This document shows, piece by piece, positions 58,081 to 64,000 of a stretch of DNA of 64,000 nt. The translations under genes and the position numbers were made by a program. Within the stretch, counting starts at the first letter, position 1. The number at the start of each line of letters is the position of its first letter. A model generated the notes under the pieces. It was not told the DNA's origin and ran no database searches. It saw only the letters and a program-made list of their open reading frames with translations. Where the stretch lies: the NCBI GenBank assembly GCA_015061575.1, contig SUWF01000002.1:18521-82520 (forward strand), given 5' to 3'. This DNA comes from Lentisphaerota bacterium (lineage in GTDB: Bacteria > Verrucomicrobiota > Lentisphaeria > Victivallales > Victivallaceae).

Positions 58081-59088
58081 TTATTGAGCGAATTCTTTGA
58101 GCACGTCGCAATAATCATCGCTGTAAACGTTGGTTTTATTAAAAAGCATTGCTCCGGGAAGGTTGCTTTCTTTTAATATCTGCAAGCGTTTAGCTATCTC
58201 TTCCGGCGGATTTACGCCCATGGAGCTGGATACACCAACTCCGATGTGCAATGCGCTGGCAGCTTTAGCTCCCAGTAAACGCAAATAATCCTGCACCAGC
58301 GAGTTGAACATATCGATCTGAGTGTGGTAGTTCATGGGGAAAACTTCATCGATATAATCGTTGTCCAGCCACTTCACCCAATCCTGACCTTCCAGCACTG
58401 CCGGCCCCAGCCCCCAGACCGGCGGATCGGTTATATCGGCACTGTCAATGTAGTTGGCCCGGGCGGCGATGGTCATAGTCAGATCGTATTTTTTGCTCAA
58501 TTTGCGCAGTTCCAGTACCGTTTGGGTAACGTTGTCGTTGCGCAGTGACAGCACTTTGTAGGCAATAGCCGGATTGGACAACTGTTCGCGGGTAAGCGTT
58601 TTGACGCCAAAAAAACGTTCGTAAAGCTTTTGACACTCTGCGCATTGACAGGGGTAATCAAGCAGCAGCAATGCGTTGTCGTTACGGATAAAATCCAGAT
58701 GAAATGCGCTCAATCTGCCGGAGTACTCCTGCAGCAGTTTTTCGGTGGCAGCCACAAATTTGCGGCGGTTTTCGGGGTGGTTGCCGCAGGGGCCGGCCAG
58801 CCGGATGCCGTATTTATTTTCCATTTCCTGCCACAGGGCTTCCGGGAGTGTGCGTTTGACCACATCATTTCCGGCCCAAGCTGGGGTCAAACGGGCTTCA
58901 ACCTGCACTCCGCAGTTGGCGGCGGCCCGGCAATAGTCATCCAGCGACGGAACTTCCGGCAGATAAATGTCGGCCCAAGTTACCCCGGCTTTACGCATAC
59001 GTTCAAGATGGCTGGCGATTTCGTCATAAGGTTGTTGACGGTTGACCACATAGCGGCAATGATCCCAAATACCAATTCTGAAACTCAT
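58081..59088 (-). CDS. Putative glycoside-hydrolase-like TIM-barrel protein (GHL10/DUF187-like)
   Basis: AGGAG RBS. FHLDFIRNDNALLLLDYPCQCAECQKLYERFFG resembles the HLDYIRYP...C.C..C region I associate with GHL10 proteins. Confidence 0.4.
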   Translation of the reverse strand: MSFRIGIWDHCRYVVNRQQPYDEIASHLERMRKAGVTWADIYLPEVPSLDDYCRAAANCGVQVEARLTPAWAGNDVVKRTLPEALWQEMENKYGIRLAGPCGNHPENRRKFVAATEKLLQEYSGRLSAFHLDFIRNDNALLLLDYPCQCAECQKLYERFFGVKTLTREQLSNPAIAYKVLSLRNDNVTQTVLELRKLSKKYDLTMTIAARANYIDSADITDPPVWGLGPAVLEGQDWVKWLDNDYIDEVFPMNYHTQIDMFNSLVQDYLRLLGAKAASALHIGVGVSSSMGVNPPEEIAKRLQILKESNLPGAMLFNKTNVYSDDYCDVLKEFAQ

Positions 59089-59344
59089 AATCTGTTACTC
59101 CTGATCAAGATAAATTCACTGTTAAAGAAATGATTCCAATAGTCCTGAAAAGCCGCTGCCTTTTCAGGCTGTCAAACTTATTAGCGATAATTGGGAATGA
59201 CGCTTGAAATCAACTCTCTGAATTAAAATAGCACAGGGAACAAGGATTGCCACTTGCCGGGTAAAAAAAACAGTTATTTCTTATCAGGAAATATATCAGA
59301 CCGGGCTTTCTTGTAAATATTTGCCGGCTCCGGGGAATAGAAAT

Positions 59345-59373
59345 TTGTATTTGCCGGTCATTTATGGTATATT
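59345..59373 (+). promoter_or_regulatory. Sigma70-like promoter for the AAC(3)-TIM fusion gene
   Basis: TTGTAT (59345-59350), 17 nt, TATATT (59368-59373). ATTTGCCGG occurs twice, at about 59323 and 59349. Confidence 0.4.
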
Positions 59374-59415
59374 AAGTCGGGCTGAAAAAACAAATTAAAC
59401 AGAGGAGTTTTTATT

Positions 59416-60858
59416 ATGCTTAAACAAAGTGATATAGCCGATTCTTTGCGTTCGATGGGATTGGAAAATGGTGATATTGTACTGCTGCACAGTTCGCTGA
59501 TAAGCTTGGGGAAGGTTGACGGCGGCCCGGCGGCTGTCATTGATGCTTTTCTGGAAGTGCTGGGCGAAGATGGTACTCTGCTGGTGCCGGTTTTTGGCGC
59601 ATTGGGTATTTTGACTGATGAAGTAAAAAATCGGCCCAATGCTGTTATCAGTCCCTGTCCGGTCGGTACGCTGGCTGCGATCGGCAAGGACGCCGAGGCG
59701 CTTTGCAAAGATCATTGGAAAGCCGAAACCGCCCACGGCCACGATACACCTTTTACTCGGATCGCTGAACGCAACGGATATATTTGTTTGCTGGGGGTCG
59801 ATCAGGATCGCAACACTACCTTGCACAGCGTGGAAGCTCTGCTGGAACTGCCTTATATGAATACTGCCACCCGTACTTTTACTACGCCGGAAGGCGAAGA
59901 AGTGACCAAGAGCTGGAAGTTCTATCCGGGGCCGCATCGGGATTTTATCGGGCTGGATCCGCTGTTGGAACCGGCCATGACCCGCAGCCGCATCGGCAAT
60001 GCGGAAGTCCGGTTGATCCGGGCCAGAGAAATGTATGAAATTGCTTTGGCGGTCGGCAGCAGTGATCCGGCTTTTGTGCTTTGCAACAATCCTGCTTGCG
60101 CCGATTGCGTGCGGCAGCGGGCGGCGATTTTTGCTGACCGGATCGACAATAAAGAGTCATTCATGCTGGCGGCATCTTCCCGGTTGGCCGGTCGTTATGT
60201 GCCGGAAATGATCGAAAACCTTAAACGCTGCGGCGTAAAATATATCGAATTGGATTATATCCAAGGCAAAGCGTGGTACAGCTGGAGTGCCGAAAAACTT
60301 ACCGGCTGGGCCAATGAATTGGCTGCTGAAAATATCGAAATATCTGCCGGACGGGTTTTCAGCGTGCCGGAAGATGCGCAGAAACTCGTTGATCTGGCCG
60401 CAGCCGCGGGAATCAAGAAATTGATCATGCCGCTTAACGACAGTATCAACGCAGCTTGTGCGGCAATCAATGGCGGTTTGCAGGTGGACTTTTTCAATAC
60501 CAATCAAGGTGCGGTTTGTGCTGCCGGTAAACTCAACCGTCACCGGGCTGCCGCCAGCAATGATTGCAGTATGGTCTTTAATCCGGCCGGTTTTGTATTG
60601 GCTGGCGAGATGCCATTTTTGCAATCCTACAAGCTGGGCCGTTTTATCAAGACCATCTGTCAGCTGGATTTGGTGGATCAAACCTGGGATGGCCGGGCGG
60701 CGGCACTGGCGCAGGGCAATGGTGAAGTCAAGGAGCTTATTTCCATATTGCGCTGCCACAATTTCAGCGGATTTATGACGCTGGGCGGCGGCGCAGCTTA
60801 TCCGGGCGGGCTTGCTGACGCGGTCGGTAACTTTACTGCGCTTTTGGACAATATGTAA
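59416..60858 (+). CDS. Fusion protein: AAC(3)-family N-acetyltransferase domain plus xylose-isomerase-like TIM-barrel domain
   Basis: N-terminal LRSMGLENGDIVLLHSSLISLGKVDGGPAAVIDAFLEVLGEDGTLLVPVF and NGYICLLGVDQDRNTTLHSVEAL are AAC(3)/Antibiotic_NAT signatures. From about residue 250, ...RCGVKYIELDY...GIKKLIMPL... looks like an AP_endonuc_2 TIM barrel. Confidence 0.65.
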   Translation: MLKQSDIADSLRSMGLENGDIVLLHSSLISLGKVDGGPAAVIDAFLEVLGEDGTLLVPVFGALGILTDEVKNRPNAVISPCPVGTLAAIGKDAEALCKDHWKAETAHGHDTPFTRIAERNGYICLLGVDQDRNTTLHSVEALLELPYMNTATRTFTTPEGEEVTKSWKFYPGPHRDFIGLDPLLEPAMTRSRIGNAEVRLIRAREMYEIALAVGSSDPAFVLCNNPACADCVRQRAAIFADRIDNKESFMLAASSRLAGRYVPEMIENLKRCGVKYIELDYIQGKAWYSWSAEKLTGWANELAAENIEISAGRVFSVPEDAQKLVDLAAAAGIKKLIMPLNDSINAACAAINGGLQVDFFNTNQGAVCAAGKLNRHRAAASNDCSMVFNPAGFVLAGEMPFLQSYKLGRFIKTICQLDLVDQTWDGRAAALAQGNGEVKELISILRCHNFSGFMTLGGGAAYPGGLADAVGNFTALLDNM

Positions 60859-60859
60859 T

Positions 60860-63061
60860 ATGCCGTTTCCGGAGCAGGAAAACAATACGGAACCAGTCAC
60901 CAAACTGGCCGGAGAGGTCGTGCGGATACTTTTTATCAATCCGGATAATCAGTATTGCGTGATCCGTGTCCTGACTCCGGAGCGTAAGACCGAAACCATG
61001 TGCGGTACCGGCATAAATATTGCAGTCGGAGAGTATGTGGAAGGTTCCGGGCAGTGGGTCGAACATCCGGAGTACGGCCGCCAGTTCAAAGCCAATATAA
61101 TTGCGGCTGTGCTGCCCGAAAGCCGGATCGGTCTGAAGCGTTTTCTGGCCTCCGGGATCATTCCCGGTATCGGCGAACGGACGGCCGCAGCCATTGTGGA
61201 TTACTTTGGCGAGCAGACCGCTGATATTCTGACTAATCACCCCAACCGGCTGCGGGAGATCCCCAAAATGGGGATGAAAAAAGTCACTGCCATCCGGGAG
61301 GCCTGGAAAAAGTATGGCGAAAGGCGTAACGGGGCTATTTTTCTGCAAGGGCTCGGAATAAGTCCGGCATATTGTGCCCGGCTCTTCCGGCGGTATGGCG
61401 ATAACGCTGCACAAATCGTCCGCAGCAATCCTTACAAACTGGCGCAGGAAGTCGATGGCATCGGTTTTGCCAAAGCGGACCAGATCGCCGCCAGTTTGGG
61501 GATTCAGCCGGACTCGCCGGAGCGGTTGTGCGCCGGAGCAATCTACGCTATGGAAACGCAATCCCAGCACGGTCATTGCTGCTGTTCGCAGGATGTGCTG
61601 CTCAGAGGGATCAGCGAGCTGCTGAAGATCGACGAAACTGCCGCCTTGACGGCATTGGGGATTGCGTTGACCAAACACCGGTTGATCATGGACGAAAATA
61701 TGGTTTATCTGCCATATCTGTTAAAATATGAGTGTGAATTGCCCCGGCATATCAAACGACTGGCGACGGTGGAAAAATTTTCCGGACGGTTGATGAAAAA
61801 ACTTGCGCCCCGGGATGGAATGAAATTTTCGGATGAACAGTTAGCGGCAGTGGAAGCTGTTGGGGCTTCTCCGCTGGTGATCATTACCGGCGGTCCCGGG
61901 GTGGGGAAAACCACCGTTTTGAGCGAAATCGTGCGCCGGGCCAAACGGGCCAATTTGCGTCTGGCGCTGGCGGCTCCGACCGGGCGGGCCGCCAAACGAC
62001 TCAGCGAGGCCACCGGCGAAAATGCCAGAACATTGCACCGTTTGCTGGGGTATGAACCGGAGCTGAATGAGTTTCAGTTCAATCAGGATAAACCTTTGGA
62101 AACGGATATCCTGCTGGTCGATGAAGTATCCATGTTGGATCTGCCGTTGGCGCTGGCGCTTTTCCGGGCGGTGCGCACCGGAGCCAGTCTGGTACTTATT
62201 GGCGATGCCGATCAACTGCCTTCGGTCGGGCCGGGCCGGGTTTTGGGTGATCTGTTGGAGGCGCAGGAATATTTTGCAGTATGCCGGTTGACTAAAATTT
62301 TCCGGCAAGGCAGCGAAAGTTTGATCATTACCAATGCGCACCGGGTCAATCAGGGCTTGCTGCCGTTGGCGGGGCAGGGCGGAGAGGACGGCGAACTGCG
62401 GGATTTTTATTGGATAGATCAGGATGATCCGGCGGCAGCTGTCAAGGTGGTGGAAAAATTACTGAAACGTATTCCGGAACGTTTTGGTTATGATCCGATG
62501 GATGAAGTGCAGATCCTTACTCCCATGAACCGCAGCCAATGCGGTACCGTCAGCTTGAATCAGCAGCTGCAGGCGATTCTTAACGGCGGAAACAAAGAGT
62601 CGCTTGAAGTCGGCGAACGGGTATTTAAATTAGATGACAAAGTTATGCAGACTGTCAATAACTACGATAAAAATGTCTTCAACGGCGATATGGGCATCAT
62701 TCGCTATATCAATGCCAAGGAGCGGGTCATTGCGGTAAAGTTTGATAACGAACGTTTGATAAAATATACTTCCGATGAATTCAGCGAACTGGTTCACGCT
62801 TATGCTGTAACTGTGCATAAATCGCAAGGCTGTGAGTTCCCGGTAGTGATCATTACCATGCTATCTCAGCACTACATGATGCTGGGGAGAAATTTGCTTT
62901 ACACCGCTATGACCCGGGCTAAAAAACTTTTGATCCTCATCGGCGGGCGCAAAGCGTTGGAAATGGCCACAGCCAATTTCCGGGCCGAAGTAAGGTACAC
63001 CGGTCTGGTGCAGCGCATAAAAAAGACTGCTTTGAACAATGCTCAAAGCAGTCAGGATTAA
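60860..63061 (+). CDS. recD2: RecD2-like SF1B ATP-dependent DNA helicase
   Basis: ATG 1 nt after the upstream stop. ITGGPGVGKTT (Walker A), LLVDEVSMLD, LIGDADQLPSVGPG, YAVTVHKSQGCEFPVV. Confidence 0.88.
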   Translation: MPFPEQENNTEPVTKLAGEVVRILFINPDNQYCVIRVLTPERKTETMCGTGINIAVGEYVEGSGQWVEHPEYGRQFKANIIAAVLPESRIGLKRFLASGIIPGIGERTAAAIVDYFGEQTADILTNHPNRLREIPKMGMKKVTAIREAWKKYGERRNGAIFLQGLGISPAYCARLFRRYGDNAAQIVRSNPYKLAQEVDGIGFAKADQIAASLGIQPDSPERLCAGAIYAMETQSQHGHCCCSQDVLLRGISELLKIDETAALTALGIALTKHRLIMDENMVYLPYLLKYECELPRHIKRLATVEKFSGRLMKKLAPRDGMKFSDEQLAAVEAVGASPLVIITGGPGVGKTTVLSEIVRRAKRANLRLALAAPTGRAAKRLSEATGENARTLHRLLGYEPELNEFQFNQDKPLETDILLVDEVSMLDLPLALALFRAVRTGASLVLIGDADQLPSVGPGRVLGDLLEAQEYFAVCRLTKIFRQGSESLIITNAHRVNQGLLPLAGQGGEDGELRDFYWIDQDDPAAAVKVVEKLLKRIPERFGYDPMDEVQILTPMNRSQCGTVSLNQQLQAILNGGNKESLEVGERVFKLDDKVMQTVNNYDKNVFNGDMGIIRYINAKERVIAVKFDNERLIKYTSDEFSELVHAYAVTVHKSQGCEFPVVIITMLSQHYMMLGRNLLYTAMTRAKKLLILIGGRKALEMATANFRAEVRYTGLVQRIKKTALNNAQSSQD

Positions 63062-63067
63062 GCCGTT

Positions 63068-63901
63068 TTAGCGGATGGTGCGGGTGTTGCGGTACCAATC
63101 CCAGAAGTTTTTCAGGTATTCCACCTGTTCCCGGTGATCTTCACGGCAGAACCAGCCGCTTTGCAAGGCACACCAGCCGTCGATGTTTTTACGGTCAAGG
63201 CTGTAGGCAAATTTGCTGCACTGCTTCTTGAGTTGATCCATGGGCTGCGCAAAGTTGCCTTCGCCGTAAGCATGGATAAACTGACCTTGAATAAGTTCTT
63301 TATCCGGAAAATGTTCCCGCACGACCCGGATGGATTCATGATAAAGCGCATCCCAGAAATAATCCGTGGAGTTCCAGCTCCAGAGGGTGAGTCCGTCAAA
63401 GTCATTGCGGCAGGTTTCCAGCTTGCGGATATCCTGCGTGGTGTGGTATTGCACCAGATAAAGTTTCAGCGCCGGATTGATCTCTTTCATGCTCGAATAA
63501 ACAGCGTGGAGCTCTTCATCGGTCATGTTTTTGGAGGGGCCGACAGCGGAGCGGAAATCGTCGATGATCGCTCCTTTGATATTCGGATAGCGCAGCGAGA
63601 GTTTAGCCAGCTTGATGGCCGATTCCCGGTAATACATCTGCCAGTTGCCCAGCCCGGGGCCGTTAGCTTCGATATGCGTCAAGCCGCCGATAACGGTGCC
63701 GAAACGGCTCAAAAGTTCGCACTGAAAATCGTTGAGCGCATCCATGCTGTGCAATGGATTCATCCAAAAGAGGTTGTCGCAATTGAGGTAATCGGCGGCA
63801 GTTTCCAAACTGCAGCTGGTGGTGCCGTCTACGAAGAAGGCTTTGCCCGGAACTTTTTCCAGCACATAGCCCCAGAGCCAGAAGCGGTGATCATTTTTCA
63901 T
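63068..63901 (-). CDS. Hypothetical protein (277 aa), possibly a TIM-barrel glycan-related enzyme
   Basis: AGGAGA RBS. Trp-rich MKNDHRFWLWGYVLE... No motif I can assign. Convergent with recD2 at a 6-nt gap. Confidence 0.5.
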   Translation of the reverse strand: MKNDHRFWLWGYVLEKVPGKAFFVDGTTSCSLETAADYLNCDNLFWMNPLHSMDALNDFQCELLSRFGTVIGGLTHIEANGPGLGNWQMYYRESAIKLAKLSLRYPNIKGAIIDDFRSAVGPSKNMTDEELHAVYSSMKEINPALKLYLVQYHTTQDIRKLETCRNDFDGLTLWSWNSTDYFWDALYHESIRVVREHFPDKELIQGQFIHAYGEGNFAQPMDQLKKQCSKFAYSLDRKNIDGWCALQSGWFCREDHREQVEYLKNFWDWYRNTRTIR

Positions 63902-64000
63902 ATAAATCTCTCCTGAATATGTTAAAAAATTTATAGTTTTTTATGCTGCTTAAATTGGAATAAACAGCCTGTCTGCTATATATTATAAAGCAAAATGATG

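Noticed and set aside
60860-63061. SF1 helicase as part of a defence system.
   Set aside because: It has the full RecD2 architecture of typical size, with all helicase motifs. It is flanked by metabolic genes with no nuclease or methylase partner.

Overview
This 64-kb chromosomal window is about 50% GC by eye. It probably comes from a PVC-superphylum bacterium (Lentisphaerae, Kiritimatiellae or Planctomycetes-like). The basis is a DUF1559-type H-X9-DG pseudopilin and many orphan glycan-enzyme-like proteins; this taxon call is inference only. I support about 50 protein genes, 3 tRNAs (Asn-GTT, Leu-TAG, Arg-CCG), one 4 x 109-bp tandem repeat, one IS3 transposase remnant, and several rho-independent terminators and sigma70-like promoters. 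Housekeeping genes include argS, manA, cmk, ychF, ileS (type 2), tadA, birA, oadGAB, nagB, guaB, proB, miaB, recD2-like and comF. They are interspersed with accessory, mostly glycan or amino-sugar related genes. I could not identify a canonical defence system, CRISPR array, prophage or biosynthetic cluster. The best candidates for something undescribed are: (1) the PocR-AraC / pseudopilin-like / 1430-aa secreted protein / FAD-oxidoreductase locus at 12.3-19.6 kb; (2) the low-GC islet at the 3' side of tRNA-Arg (54.2-56.6 kb), with an IS3 remnant, a DUF4143 AAA ATPase and about 600 nt of doubtful coding; (3) the 109-bp tandem repeat array that fills a convergent intergenic gap (5.58-6.02 kb); (4) several unusual domain fusions or duplications: a parvulin-cyclophilin fusion, OadA with two biotinyl domains, OadB with an N-terminal extension, and an AAC(3)-TIM barrel fusion. 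All functional calls come from motifs read in the supplied translations plus recalled family knowledge. No searches were run.
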